Virus record (IMG/VR): IMGVR_UViG_3300023184_000123
Coordinates: 1 to 62,669 of that record
Direction: 5' to 3' (one strand)
Length of the DNA: 62,669 nucleotides
DNA from: a virus
Lineage: Duplodnaviria > Caudoviricetes
Shown: positions 10,629-20,534 of the stretch, piece by piece
Position numbering within the stretch: position 1 is the stretch's first letter
How the letters are laid out: each line of letters starts with the position of its first letter
The notes under the pieces: generated by a model
What the model was told of the DNA's origin: nothing
The model's database searches: none
The model's input: the letters and a program-made list of their open reading frames with translations, nothing else
Made by a program: the position numbers and the translations under genes

Positions 10629-10788
10629 TTGCGGCCTCCAATTCTAAAACACGATTGCGCAACCGATTGACTTCTTGTTCCAAACTAGCAATATGGTCAG
10701 CAATCTGTTGCATGAACACGCTGGTGTTTATGCCAGTTGTACGCAACAGTTCTGGTATGCTGAGCTGTGTTGAGTCTGTATCTGTCAT
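10603..10788 (-). CDS. Hypothetical coiled-coil protein
   Basis: 61-aa ORF abutting the upstream stop. Confidence 0.6.
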   Translation of the reverse strand: MTDTDSTQLSIPELLRTTGINTSVFMQQIADHIASLEQEVNRLRNRVLELEAASGNSTEAQ

Positions 10789-11637
10789 TTAAATCTCCAA
10801 TAAAATGTCGGGATTCCAACCACTTTGTTCACTGTAGCCGTCGTTTTCGTAACCACGTGGGTTGCACACCACACGAGTTTCGCCAATCACATAATCAAAC
10901 GGCTGATGCATGTGTCCATGTGTCCACAGTTTAATTTGAGGATGATCCATTATAAATTCACTTAGGTCACTGGCATATCCACCGTTCATAAGTGTTTGAC
11001 TAGCATATTGTTCACTCACACTTTTAAAACTGGGAGCATGATGTCCAACAACCACACACTTTTTGTCCTTGTGTTCTTGCACGATCAGTTTGATGTAACC
11101 CAGTGTCTTGTCATGCCTGATAGCAACATCCAGCGCACTCATGGCTGCATACTCACGTTGGTCATTACGAACAATACGAAAGTCGTTCATCATGTCTTTC
11201 ATGGCATGCATGGTGAGTGGATCACGCTTGTTCATGTTGGTCCAAAGTGTTCCACCAACAAACACAACGTCATTGATAATCTTAGTATTTTGCTCTAACA
11301 TATACACGTTGGGGTACTTGGCGCACTCGTCACGCATGTAGTCAACAGCCGCATAGAACTTGCCGTGGTAGAATTCGTGATTGCCCATGATGTAGATCAC
11401 ATGGGGAAACTGAAAACTGCAACGCTTGAAGAAGTCACGGAACCGTTGTGCTTTTTCCTGTCTGCTACTAAGCATTTCAAGCATGGCTGCAGTTCTGACA
11501 TTTTGCTCTGGAAAGTCGTGCAGATCTTGAGCAATACAAATATCGCCACCTAGGATCAGTACATCGTAGTTCTGATCATTCTTAATGTTAATGTCACTAA
11601 ACTCCAAGTGGAGGTCACTGACTAATTTGATTTTCAT
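10789..11637 (-). CDS. Calcineurin-like metallophosphoesterase
   Basis: SDLH, GD, GNHE, HH, HGHMH motifs. Confidence 0.9.
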   Translation of the reverse strand: MKIKLVSDLHLEFSDINIKNDQNYDVLILGGDICIAQDLHDFPEQNVRTAAMLEMLSSRQEKAQRFRDFFKRCSFQFPHVIYIMGNHEFYHGKFYAAVDYMRDECAKYPNVYMLEQNTKIINDVVFVGGTLWTNMNKRDPLTMHAMKDMMNDFRIVRNDQREYAAMSALDVAIRHDKTLGYIKLIVQEHKDKKCVVVGHHAPSFKSVSEQYASQTLMNGGYASDLSEFIMDHPQIKLWTHGHMHQPFDYVIGETRVVCNPRGYENDGYSEQSGWNPDILLEI

Positions 11638-12204
11638 TTAAATCTCGTCGTAGTTTTCTTTAATAAATTTCTTTGCATCTGCTTTGGTAAGCCTGCCTGA
11701 TTCGTATTCATCAATAGCATGTTGCAACGCTTCTTCAACAAAACTGTTAAATGTCATATCACGTTCGTGAGCCAGCTTCATGTATTGTAACAGATCTTCA
11801 TCAGGAATATCAATCGGCAAGCTGACTCGTGTGTCGTAGTCTTCGCCTTCTTGAATAGCCAGACACTTTTGAAAAAAGTCGTCATCCACTTCAAGATCAA
11901 CATAGTTGACATCGTCCCATGCTTCATCTTTGCTCACATCTCGACGCTTGGCTTCTTTACGATTCTTCTTGCGGAAGTCCGGGTTGATCATACGGTATGC
12001 ACGATTATGCACATAGTCATGTGCCTGCACTTCATACACAGTTTGATCTCGAGTATCAAATGTGATTGTAAAACTGTGACCATCTTGCTCACCGTTCCAA
12101 CTGTCTAGCTGATAGACATTGTCTCCGTAACATTGCCACATGTAGTCGCTACCTTCAGTAATTCGATAGCCAACCAATTCCATCCATTCTTTCATCGTAA
12201 TCAT
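11638..12204 (-). CDS. Hypothetical phage protein
   Basis: 188-aa ORF in operon. Confidence 0.7.
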   Translation of the reverse strand: MITMKEWMELVGYRITEGSDYMWQCYGDNVYQLDSWNGEQDGHSFTITFDTRDQTVYEVQAHDYVHNRAYRMINPDFRKKNRKEAKRRDVSKDEAWDDVNYVDLEVDDDFFQKCLAIQEGEDYDTRVSLPIDIPDEDLLQYMKLAHERDMTFNSFVEEALQHAIDEYESGRLTKADAKKFIKENYDEI

Positions 12205-12785
12205 TGTTCGTTTCCTTCTTCGTTATAAACAATAGACCTTGCCTCAGCATGTGCTTCGCACAAAGTAGTAACCCATCCGCCACCAACACGTTTGCCAGTT
12301 CCGCCACATTCTTCACAGGTAACACCACTCATGCTTTCTGCCATACGAACCATGCCGTCAATGACATCATCACCGCCTGTGTAGTAGAAACGCAGTGTGC
12401 CAAATTTCTCTTTGACTTGATCCAGGGTAACTTGCGGAATTGATTCTGGAACCTGTCTAAAGTCTCCAGCAATAATTTCTGCCAATCTTTCATCTTTGTA
12501 TGCTTGACTGGTAATAGAACTATTCTGTTCAAAAAATAATTTACAATCACCTGCTTTAGCCTGTGTTGCCATTTCATTATATTCAATAGCCCAATTGCGC
12601 TGTTTTTCTTTCCAATCAATGTGATGCTGAATATTACCCATGAGCTGATCCAAAATATTGAACCAACCATCACCGCAAGTAAACCCCCAACACATACAAG
12701 TTTCCATCATGGGCAAATTACGGTTCACCATCATCTGCGGATACTTGGTACACAGTAGTTCGTCCAGTTCTTGTTTCATCACCAA
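12201..12785 (-). CDS. Hypothetical phage protein with C-terminal CxxC
   Basis: QVKEKFGTLRFY...TCEECG...TLCEAH. Confidence 0.75.
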   Translation of the reverse strand: MVMKQELDELLCTKYPQMMVNRNLPMMETCMCWGFTCGDGWFNILDQLMGNIQHHIDWKEKQRNWAIEYNEMATQAKAGDCKLFFEQNSSITSQAYKDERLAEIIAGDFRQVPESIPQVTLDQVKEKFGTLRFYYTGGDDVIDGMVRMAESMSGVTCEECGGTGKRVGGGWVTTLCEAHAEARSIVYNEEGNEQ

Positions 12786-12970
12786 TTCTCCACGCCAGAT
12801 ATTTCTGTTTTGAACACACCATCCAAACCATTAACAGAGGTATGCACAGTTAATGTAGTAACACTACCAATACCGCCACTGTTGTCTTGCAGCAACTCAA
12901 ATGAGATTGCTTCTGGAAACAGGTCCATGGTGTCTAAAATCTTAACAACTTCTTCTCTACATAGATACAT
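12779..12970 (-). CDS. Hypothetical protein
   Basis: 63-aa ORF, overlapping start/stop. Confidence 0.6.
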   Translation of the reverse strand: MYLCREEVVKILDTMDLFPEAISFELLQDNSGGIGSVTTLTVHTSVNGLDGVFKTEISGVENW

Positions 12971-13662
12971 TATTGTGCCGCTTTCACATAGTTGAGTCTA
13001 GTAACATCGTTTTGATGTTTCCAGTGTTTGGTGTGATCTTTTACTTTGGCTTTGACCAACACACATGCTCCCAAGTTAAGATTGGTCTTGTTCAACCAAG
13101 ACACCATCTTATTATCTATTATAGCAGAAATATTGTAACCTTCAAAGTTTTTTGACTTGATTGCTTCAAGTATTTCACAATCTAAATCTTTCAAATTACT
13201 GCCAATTTCTCCAAGGTAACCTTCTGACACAGTACGGGCAACTTTTTTAATTTTGTTTTGTGACTTGTCTCGAACATAAACACTGGGTAAACAGGCCACA
13301 TAACCAAACTGGTTTGTTTTTACCATGTCTCCACTGAGTATGCTGTTGATGTTGGTTTGAAATTCGTTTTCGCCTTCGATAGCTGCAAACAACAATCTCT
13401 TGAAGTATGTTTTAATTTCTTGAGCCAGTGCAACATCCTCCTCTGTGATCTTAAGTGGCATCGGAGCTTCTTTAGGATCAGCGGTCCAATTGTTTGGCAG
13501 TAGAGTACACAACATCAGCATCTTGTTAGGTTGTTTTGAACACAAGTACACGCTGTCGGATGAATAAACAGCTTCGGATTCTTTCAAGTATGCACCGTTG
13601 ACTCGTTGTGCGGAGCAAGCCATTTCTAAAACTGTTTGAGTGGAGAATTCTTTAACGTCCAT
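12970..13662 (-). CDS. Hypothetical protein, possible C-terminal OB fold
   Basis: 230-aa ORF ending KAKVKDH...TRLNYVK. Confidence 0.7.
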   Translation of the reverse strand: MDVKEFSTQTVLEMACSAQRVNGAYLKESEAVYSSDSVYLCSKQPNKMLMLCTLLPNNWTADPKEAPMPLKITEEDVALAQEIKTYFKRLLFAAIEGENEFQTNINSILSGDMVKTNQFGYVACLPSVYVRDKSQNKIKKVARTVSEGYLGEIGSNLKDLDCEILEAIKSKNFEGYNISAIIDNKMVSWLNKTNLNLGACVLVKAKVKDHTKHWKHQNDVTRLNYVKAAQ

Positions 13663-13697
13663 ATCGCTCTCTGTGTGTAGTTGCTATACTTTGTATT

Positions 13698-14366
13698 TTA
13701 CAGGAAAACGTACCTCTTGTCAATCGTTTCCAAATGATAATATACTTTTTTGGCCAGTCTTTTGGTGAGATGATTTATACCAAAATGCTCAATGTAAGAT
13801 CTAAGTTGTGGGCTTGAGTAGTTTGGGCCAGTTCGCATTTTGCTCAAAACGCTTATCTTAGCCATTCTTCGTTTGGCACGTTCAGCATCCATTGTTCTCA
13901 ACAGTTCAATTGCTATGCTGAATGAGTAAGCATCTAATTCGTCGTCGTTGGCAAGGTATCTCCAGTACGGAGCGTCACAATGTTCTTCATATTGACGATG
14001 CCCTCTTCGAATACTTTGGTATCGATGTCTAAACTCGTGTACAGTGGCATCAAATATTTCTGTAAGGAAAGCAGTTATTTGATGAGAACCCAGCGGCTCA
14101 TCTCCTTTTAAATTATGATACACAATAACTTCAATGGCAGTGTCTTGATCTCGATCATTTTCGCAATCATAATAGGCCATGACATACCATTTGTCCGAGT
14201 CTAACGTTTTATCTTTTTTACTTCGGATAGCAATGTCAAATTCATATAATTTGAATGTGTTGCGGGTGCGACTTATCAAGTTTCTAAAAGTTGCTTGAAC
14301 GGGACTTTGTTCTCGAACTCGTTTACATACATTACATACCTGTTCAAGAATCATGTTCATACTCAC
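13698..14366 (-). CDS. Hypothetical protein with HExxH motif, paralog of 5613..6341
   Basis: TVHEFRHRYQ...DELDAYS. Confidence 0.7.
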   Translation of the reverse strand: MSMNMILEQVCNVCKRVREQSPVQATFRNLISRTRNTFKLYEFDIAIRSKKDKTLDSDKWYVMAYYDCENDRDQDTAIEVIVYHNLKGDEPLGSHQITAFLTEIFDATVHEFRHRYQSIRRGHRQYEEHCDAPYWRYLANDDELDAYSFSIAIELLRTMDAERAKRRMAKISVLSKMRTGPNYSSPQLRSYIEHFGINHLTKRLAKKVYYHLETIDKRYVFL

Positions 14367-14581
14367 AACCTATAAGTTACGCGACCTTTTGTTAAGTCGT
14401 ATGGACTAATTTCTAACTTAACTTTATCACCGAGGATAATTCTTATTTTGTTTTGTTTCAACTTGCCACCCATGTAGCAAAGCAAAGTATTTGGCATGTT
14501 TTCCACTTTTACTCTAAACATGCTGCCTGGTAATACTTCTTCAACTGAACCGGTCAGTTCAATAATATCGTCTTTAGCCAT
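14363..14581 (-). CDS. infA: Translation initiation factor IF-1
   Basis: 72 aa: MAKDDIIE..G.VEEVLP...IRIILGDKV.LEISPYDLTKGRVTYR. Confidence 0.95.
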   Translation of the reverse strand: MAKDDIIELTGSVEEVLPGSMFRVKVENMPNTLLCYMGGKLKQNKIRIILGDKVKLEISPYDLTKGRVTYRL

Positions 14582-14750
14582 TGGTTATTTTTGTAAGACT
14601 CCAAGAGCCATCTCCGTTGTCGTTCCAATCAAGGGTATCTCCTTCCTTCCATCCTGCAGATTCTAAAAAGTCTTGGGGGAATGGCAGAATTAAATCTCCA
14701 CTGCCATCTTCAGCTTCTTCCACAGTTACGGTCCACTTTGTTGTATTCAT
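14574..14750 (-). CDS. AbrB/MazE-like small protein (58 aa)
   Basis: Hand translation MNTTKWTVTVEEAEDGSGDLILPFPQDFLESAGWKEGDTLDW... Confidence 0.65.
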   Translation of the reverse strand: MNTTKWTVTVEEAEDGSGDLILPFPQDFLESAGWKEGDTLDWNDNGDGSWSLTKITNG

Positions 14751-14766
14751 AATATTATTTACTCTG

Positions 14767-15303
14767 TTATCGATTATCTTCGTATGGAACTGGTCTCCAA
14801 CCCAAGCGGTTTAAATCCAATTCAATTTCTTCAGTGACAGTACCTTCGGGAACATAGTTAGTACCATCAGCACCAGTTAAGCCGTTGCCTAGTTCTGCAT
14901 TGCCAATGCCGCTACAGTACCAATCAATATAGTCGCCTGTTTCCTTCATGTCAGCAACAATACCACCAGCATGACGCCAGCTGCAACCCCAGTTTTCTTC
15001 CTTCATTTCAGGCCATAGATCTCGTCTACGCCATTCCATGTTGCACATTGCGGCATACAAGTTTTGCGCATAGTTGTCAGACTCTTTGACCTTGTTGCAA
15101 AGTTCTTTTGAGCCGCGCAGATCATACTCCATGTTGTTCTTTTGCCATTTGGGATCCACAAGGTTAGCTTCATCCTGTTTTCTGAAAGTGTTGTACATAT
15201 TAACATAATCGGGATTGGGCTCTTTGCCCTCTTCCTCGCAACGTTTGATATACCCTTCTTTTTGAAAGGTGTGCCGTTCTGGACTTGAATTTATTTTGGT
15301 CAT
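14767..15303 (-). CDS. Hypothetical phage protein
   Basis: 178-aa ORF. Confidence 0.7.
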   Translation of the reverse strand: MTKINSSPERHTFQKEGYIKRCEEEGKEPNPDYVNMYNTFRKQDEANLVDPKWQKNNMEYDLRGSKELCNKVKESDNYAQNLYAAMCNMEWRRRDLWPEMKEENWGCSWRHAGGIVADMKETGDYIDWYCSGIGNAELGNGLTGADGTNYVPEGTVTEEIELDLNRLGWRPVPYEDNR

Positions 15304-15626
15304 TTTTTATGAAAGTTACCCTGTAGGCAATGGCGTAGTTCATGTCCTAGTGTGTGAAAGTTTGCTCGGGGTGCTGTGACAATGGTACACTCAGTAAAAC
15401 TGCCGTTCCAAAAACTACATGCTTCTATGCTGTAGCCAAATGCGCCTTTGCCACGTTTAACTGATTCTGCACTACACACGCCCTGCACATCCCGTGTTTG
15501 AATAAAAGAAATCTTAATCTGATTCGATTGGTTACGAGTCATGTCAAATTGTTCGTGTGGATCTTCATAGTACGCAAATGCGTTAACGGATATCAAAATT
15601 CCCAATGCAAGTATAGCCTTTTTCAT
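15300..15626 (-). CDS. Secreted protein with HExxH motif
   Basis: Start MKKAILALG (signal peptide) after GAGG; GHELRHC; the longer ORF-track start overlaps an RNA gene. Confidence 0.7.
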   Translation of the reverse strand: MKKAILALGILISVNAFAYYEDPHEQFDMTRNQSNQIKISFIQTRDVQGVCSAESVKRGKGAFGYSIEACSFWNGSFTECTIVTAPRANFHTLGHELRHCLQGNFHKK

Positions 15627-15649
15627 GTGTGCCTCTGTGTAGTTAACAA

Positions 15650-15750
15650 TGGTGTAGACGGTAGGATTCGAACCTACAAAGCCACCACTAAGGGCAAGGC
15701 CCAGTCCCTCCCCAAAGGGAGGAGGTATACCAAATTCCACTCACGTCTAC
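15650..15750 (-). ncRNA. Atypical tRNA-like RNA (101 nt) lacking a canonical anticodon loop
   Basis: Acceptor GTAGACG/CGTCTAC-ACCA, T arm GTAGG-TTCGAAT-CCTAC, anticodon arm CCTCCC-TTTG-GGGAGG, extra arm. Confidence 0.75.
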
Positions 15751-15756
15751 CACTGT

Positions 15757-15785
15757 ATTATATACTTATTTGTAAATACTGTCAA
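15757..15785 (-). promoter_or_regulatory. sigma70 promoter for the tRNA-like RNA
   Basis: TTGACA-17-TATAAT ending 7 nt before the RNA 5' end. Confidence 0.8.
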
Positions 15786-16768
15786 TGAGCCATTCCACCA
15801 TTCCATTTGAAAAAATTGTTCGATTTGGGCAACGCACCATGTTGATTAATCGATTATTTTCCATAAGTTGGATTTTGGGAAGATTTTGTAACTACAATTG
15901 CAGCTACTGTTGGCCATATGCTAGGTCAGATGTACCAGATCACCAACCAATCGAAGTGTATAAAAACGTTGTTAACGAAATCAAACGTCAGGCCCGCAAC
16001 AATGGATTCAATCAATTTCATTGGAGTTTCAGTGGTGGTGAACCCACTGCTTACAAACACCTATTGGAGTTGACGGCACATTTGGACGATGGGCCATCTA
16101 CTGCATATCAAACTGTACACATGACCACTAATCTGAGTCCCAGTTTGGCTTGGTGGCGGCGATGGGCCGGTGCCACCGCTATGCTACAACGTAGAAGTAT
16201 AACAGCCAGCTTTCACGACGAGTTTGCCAAGGAACAAGAGTTTGGTGATAAGATTTTGCAACTGATGTATGATGGTGTTCATGTTACTATAAATCAAGTC
16301 ATGGTTCCAGAAAAGTTTCACGAGTTGTATGCCAGACTAGAACGATTTGCCGCCCGTGGTATCAATGTGACTCTCAAACCGCAAAGCGATCCCACAGCCA
16401 GTAGATTGGTAGATGGATATACCAACGAAATGATTCACACGATGCAAACTAAATTCTCGCAACAATCCGATGGTGAAGAAACTTATCAGATAGCACTGTA
16501 CGAGCAAGATGGTACTGAACATTTATTTGACCAAGCTGAGAGATTCAATGCATTTGGATTTAACAAGTTTGCAGGCTGGCAGTGCAACTCAGGATTTCAA
16601 AGTGTAATAATTAGAGGAGACCAAATAAAAAGAAGTTACAGTTGTCATGACACGCCGTTAGGCAATGTGTTAACAGGATTTAAATTGTTTGAAGATCCAC
16701 AACTTTGTTCCACTCCAAGCTGTGTTAGTTCAGCAGATAGTAAAATTCCTAAAATTCGTATAATTTAA
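15785..16768 (+). CDS. Radical SAM protein
   Basis: CNYNCSYC, SGGEP, C-terminal Cys cluster. Confidence 0.9.
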   Translation: MSHSTIPFEKIVRFGQRTMLINRLFSISWILGRFCNYNCSYCWPYARSDVPDHQPIEVYKNVVNEIKRQARNNGFNQFHWSFSGGEPTAYKHLLELTAHLDDGPSTAYQTVHMTTNLSPSLAWWRRWAGATAMLQRRSITASFHDEFAKEQEFGDKILQLMYDGVHVTINQVMVPEKFHELYARLERFAARGINVTLKPQSDPTASRLVDGYTNEMIHTMQTKFSQQSDGEETYQIALYEQDGTEHLFDQAERFNAFGFNKFAGWQCNSGFQSVIIRGDQIKRSYSCHDTPLGNVLTGFKLFEDPQLCSTPSCVSSADSKIPKIRII

Positions 16769-17381
16769 TCATTTCAAAAAGTGACTTAACAGCGATTTGC
16801 AAATTTGGATAATTGCTTGCTTTAACAATTATCTTAGTTTTTCTAAAGGATGGATAGAATTCTTTTCCAATAATTCGTATATGATGCATGCCCGGACTCA
16901 CATAGAATACTTTTCCTTGGTATTCTAAACCCCATTTATTTTTTACATTTTTTGTGATCCATTTATATGCATCAAGAAACCAGTATTCATCGTCTGTGAT
17001 TTGAGATCCTATTCCCCATTGGTGAATCGCATTAGAAGGAATATTATTTAATTCCAAATTACTACCACACCAGTCAATACTATCCACTTTATGTAATATT
17101 TCAATCTCGTCTATGTTTACTACTTCGTCTGTAATTAGCACACCATCAATCCACTCATTGTTTCCTCGTAGTGCAGTTCCAATGTACCTGTTAGTTCCTG
17201 GCTGTAATTGCCAATGAGGCGTGCTAGATATTTTCCAAATGACGATAGGTTTGATTGGCTCATTCATATAAAAATAAAACCATTTATCCAATATCCTGTG
17301 CCTAGAAAATGCACCTGCAAAATAACCAAATAGATTGCTATCTAGTAGTGGTTTAACTTTGCAATTATATTTGTGTAGCAT
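16749..17381 (-). CDS. Hypothetical protein
   Basis: 210-aa ORF. Confidence 0.6.
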   Translation of the reverse strand: MLHKYNCKVKPLLDSNLFGYFAGAFSRHRILDKWFYFYMNEPIKPIVIWKISSTPHWQLQPGTNRYIGTALRGNNEWIDGVLITDEVVNIDEIEILHKVDSIDWCGSNLELNNIPSNAIHQWGIGSQITDDEYWFLDAYKWITKNVKNKWGLEYQGKVFYVSPGMHHIRIIGKEFYPSFRKTKIIVKASNYPNLQIAVKSLFEMIKLYEF

Positions 17382-18036
17382 GATTAGTTAAAATGCGTTC
17401 TCGATGCCACTCGTCAGCCATGGGCCCAACAGAACTTTTATCAAAGCACGGCGTACCTAATGTGTAGTGCAATAATTTGGCATCAGTGTTTATTCCATAT
17501 TCGTCTGGCAACCAATTCCATTCAATGGGCAAACTGCCAATGTCGTTGTCATCCAACCAACAAAACCTGTGTATGTATTTGCCACTGGTATTTTTTATAT
17601 AAGTTTGAGTTAAGGTTAAATTTTTAGGATGACTACAATTCCAAAGTATTACACTACTCCAATTTTTACGTGGATAATCTAAATTTTTAGATCCTGTGTA
17701 TTTGGTGGGAGACTTGGTTTTATAGTCATGTTTGACTACCATAACAGCTTTACGATCATCTCTTAAACTCCATAACTTACTGATATCGTCTTTTAAGATC
17801 ATGTCGCCGTCGATATAGATTGCCCAACCTTGATTGTTGGCCAATCGGGGAACTAAAAATCTAGTGTACGTAAATGTATTACTGCCATCCAAATGATTTT
17901 CGCTGTAGCCGTTTAATAGATTCAAAGCTAATGGTGTTATAGCCACAGGTTCAGAACTATGTCTAATAATACTGTTTACACAAGTATGGTAAGCTATTGC
18001 TTCCTTTGTATCGTAACCTATAAAAATTGGTATCAT
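17365..18036 (-). CDS. GT8-like glycosyltransferase
   Basis: MIPIFIGYD start, DGD (DxD), KNWSSV, WN, LHYT.GTP. Confidence 0.8.
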   Translation of the reverse strand: MIPIFIGYDTKEAIAYHTCVNSIIRHSSEPVAITPLALNLLNGYSENHLDGSNTFTYTRFLVPRLANNQGWAIYIDGDMILKDDISKLWSLRDDRKAVMVVKHDYKTKSPTKYTGSKNLDYPRKNWSSVILWNCSHPKNLTLTQTYIKNTSGKYIHRFCWLDDNDIGSLPIEWNWLPDEYGINTDAKLLHYTLGTPCFDKSSVGPMADEWHRERILTNHATQI

Positions 18037-18087
18037 GAAATATTTATATACTACTATTACTTGGTTAAATACAATCTGACTAAAAAT

Positions 18088-18705
18088 ATGAAAATAGATA
18101 CCGAACACTTACACTACTGGATGCAGGCTATTCGTCAAAGCGAATCTCCTATGCGAACTATGGATGCGTTTTGGAGCGGACAACTTAAAAGCAAAGAATG
18201 GTTAATCGATGCACTAGAACTAGCAGTACATCCAAAAGTTGATTGTACGCTGCCCAAGCCGTTTTCTATTGATATACACGGCGGTTGGGTAGGCGTATTA
18301 GCCAGTATGTTATTTCAAAGCAGAATTCCTGTTGCCAACATTCGTAGTATTGATATTGATCTTTGTTGTGAGTCTGTTGCCACTATGATGAATAAAGGCG
18401 AAGAAATAGAAGGTAGGTTTTGTGCTGTAACATCTGATATGTGTACTATTCAAAGTAATGCAGATATTATTATCAATACTAGTTGCGAACATATTACACA
18501 AGAGAAATACAATGTATGGTTAAGCGGGATGCCAAACAATAGTTTATTTGTGTTACAAAGTAATAACTATAATATTCCCGAACATGTTCGTACAGCATCT
18601 AGTCTAGAAGAATTTAAAAATCAATGCGGGATTAATGTCAAGTGGGCAGGCGAATTGAAATTATCGCTGTATACTAGATATATGGTAATAGGTAATAACA
18701 GGTAA
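18088..18705 (+). CDS. SAM-dependent methyltransferase-like protein
   Basis: IHGGWVG motif I, SIDID, INTSCEH; start MKIDTEH. Confidence 0.7.
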   Translation: MKIDTEHLHYWMQAIRQSESPMRTMDAFWSGQLKSKEWLIDALELAVHPKVDCTLPKPFSIDIHGGWVGVLASMLFQSRIPVANIRSIDIDLCCESVATMMNKGEEIEGRFCAVTSDMCTIQSNADIIINTSCEHITQEKYNVWLSGMPNNSLFVLQSNNYNIPEHVRTASSLEEFKNQCGINVKWAGELKLSLYTRYMVIGNNR

Positions 18706-19844
18706 TGAATCAAAGTCTTTGCTCACATCCTTGGAAGGCTATGGCTGTACGACCAAATGGCCTAGTTATTCCTTGCTGTAGATTTAATCAACAAGGATTA
18801 GACACTTATATAAATTCTGGTGATAATCTGCGTAATTCTGATATTTGGAAAACAATACGTTTAGATATGTTGCAAGGTAAATTGATTAAAGGTTGCAATA
18901 AGTGTTACGAGGAAGAAAAAATTGGCATAACAAGTTTAAGACAAACTGAATCGATAGATTTTAATCCTATAGATAATCAAGCACTACCTATTGAAAATTT
19001 AGAAATAGCATTTAGTAATTTATGTAATTTATCTTGCGTACATTGTTCAAGTTTTTTTTCAACTAAATGGTATTCGATAGATGTACTAGCAGGGCGTGCA
19101 ACTAAATCTGCTATCTCAACACACTCAACTAGTTTTAAAGATTGGGATTTATCGAAGGTAACTAAGTTAAAAATTATAGGAGGTGAACCTATGATGGAAC
19201 AAGAAAAATTTATTGAACTGATGTCGTGTATAGATTTAAGCAATGTAGTATTAGAAATTAATACCAACGGTACAATACTACCCAACAACACTTTAAAGTC
19301 CTACATTGACAAATGCAAGAGAGTTTATTTTTGTGTGAGCATAGACGGGCTTAAATCAGTTAATGACTGGTATCGTTGGCCCAGCAATTTTGACAACATA
19401 GTTGCTAACATGCAAACATATAACAAATGGTGGGCAGCTGATAAATCTATTGATCCTTTGTTTCACAACATACAATTAATGATTCATCATGTATGTAATA
19501 TGTTTAGTGTAATTGAACTAGAAGAATTTATTGATTATGTAGAATCAAATTTGCCTGATTGGAGAATAAACTGGGATTGGATTTCTCATCCGCAATGGCA
19601 AACTATTGAGTCGTTGCCTGAAGAATACAAACACCAGCTGATTGAAAAATTCAAAATTGCTGCTGTTAAATATAAAGCAAATAAAAAAACTAGAGCCGCC
19701 AATCCTTACTTAGTTGCAATACACTATCTTAAAAATTCTGCACCTGTACAATGGGAACAAGTAAAACAACACATTGAAGATACTGCCAGTGAACGTAAAC
19801 TGGATTTTTTTGCTATGGTTCCTAAATTTAAAAATATTTGGTAA
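18705..19844 (+). CDS. Radical SAM/twitch domain protein
   Basis: PCC, CNKC, CNLSCVHC, GGEP. Confidence 0.9.
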   Translation: MNQSLCSHPWKAMAVRPNGLVIPCCRFNQQGLDTYINSGDNLRNSDIWKTIRLDMLQGKLIKGCNKCYEEEKIGITSLRQTESIDFNPIDNQALPIENLEIAFSNLCNLSCVHCSSFFSTKWYSIDVLAGRATKSAISTHSTSFKDWDLSKVTKLKIIGGEPMMEQEKFIELMSCIDLSNVVLEINTNGTILPNNTLKSYIDKCKRVYFCVSIDGLKSVNDWYRWPSNFDNIVANMQTYNKWWAADKSIDPLFHNIQLMIHHVCNMFSVIELEEFIDYVESNLPDWRINWDWISHPQWQTIESLPEEYKHQLIEKFKIAAVKYKANKKTRAANPYLVAIHYLKNSAPVQWEQVKQHIEDTASERKLDFFAMVPKFKNIW

Positions 19845-20534
19845 ATGAAAAAACTTGCAATATTTGGTGATAGTTATGCACGTAAAGATGCTTCTGACAT
19901 AAATGAAAAATCATGGCCTGAATTTCTAATAGGATACGATATAACTAACTTTGGAGATGCAGGAACTGATTTGTGGTTTAGTTACAATCTTTTTTTAAAA
20001 AATTATCAACAATTTGATAATATCATATTCTTAATAACATCTCCTCACAGACTTACATTGTTTAATCCAAATGTAAAAATATATCCAAATCAGAATTATA
20101 CTACTGCATCTATTAAACTAGAATCTGCCACAGGAGTAGAGAACGAACAATATAAACTTATTGTAGACTACTATAACTTGATACATAATAATGAGAAAGA
20201 AGAAAAATTACATCAACTTATGATAGACAGTGTACAACAACTTCGTACAGATGCAATAGTATATCCATGTTTTGATAATACATGGTCTAATGAAATACCA
20301 TTATATTCTATTACAAAATTTGAAGATAAATTATTAGGGTTAGATAAAGACGCTCGGAATAATTTTTACCGCAAAGGTATCCGAGATAGTAGAGCTTGCC
20401 ATATGACCGAAGCAAATAACAAAATTGTAGCTGAATTATTTCTTTCTAGGTTAAACGGAACAAAGTTGCCGCTAGGACAATTAGTTAATCCTGTTAATGA
20501 TTTAAATTATTATTATCAATCACCATGGCATTAA
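19845..20534 (+). CDS. SGNH/GDSL-like protein
   Basis: FGDSY...RACHM. Confidence 0.6.
   Translation: MKKLAIFGDSYARKDASDINEKSWPEFLIGYDITNFGDAGTDLWFSYNLFLKNYQQFDNIIFLITSPHRLTLFNPNVKIYPNQNYTTASIKLESATGVENEQYKLIVDYYNLIHNNEKEEKLHQLMIDSVQQLRTDAIVYPCFDNTWSNEIPLYSITKFEDKLLGLDKDARNNFYRKGIRDSRACHMTEANNKIVAELFLSRLNGTKLPLGQLVNPVNDLNYYYQSPWH

Noticed and set aside
15627-15740. N-terminal extension of ORF 15300..15740
   Set aside because: It overlaps the tRNA-like RNA; the real start is the signal peptide at 15626.
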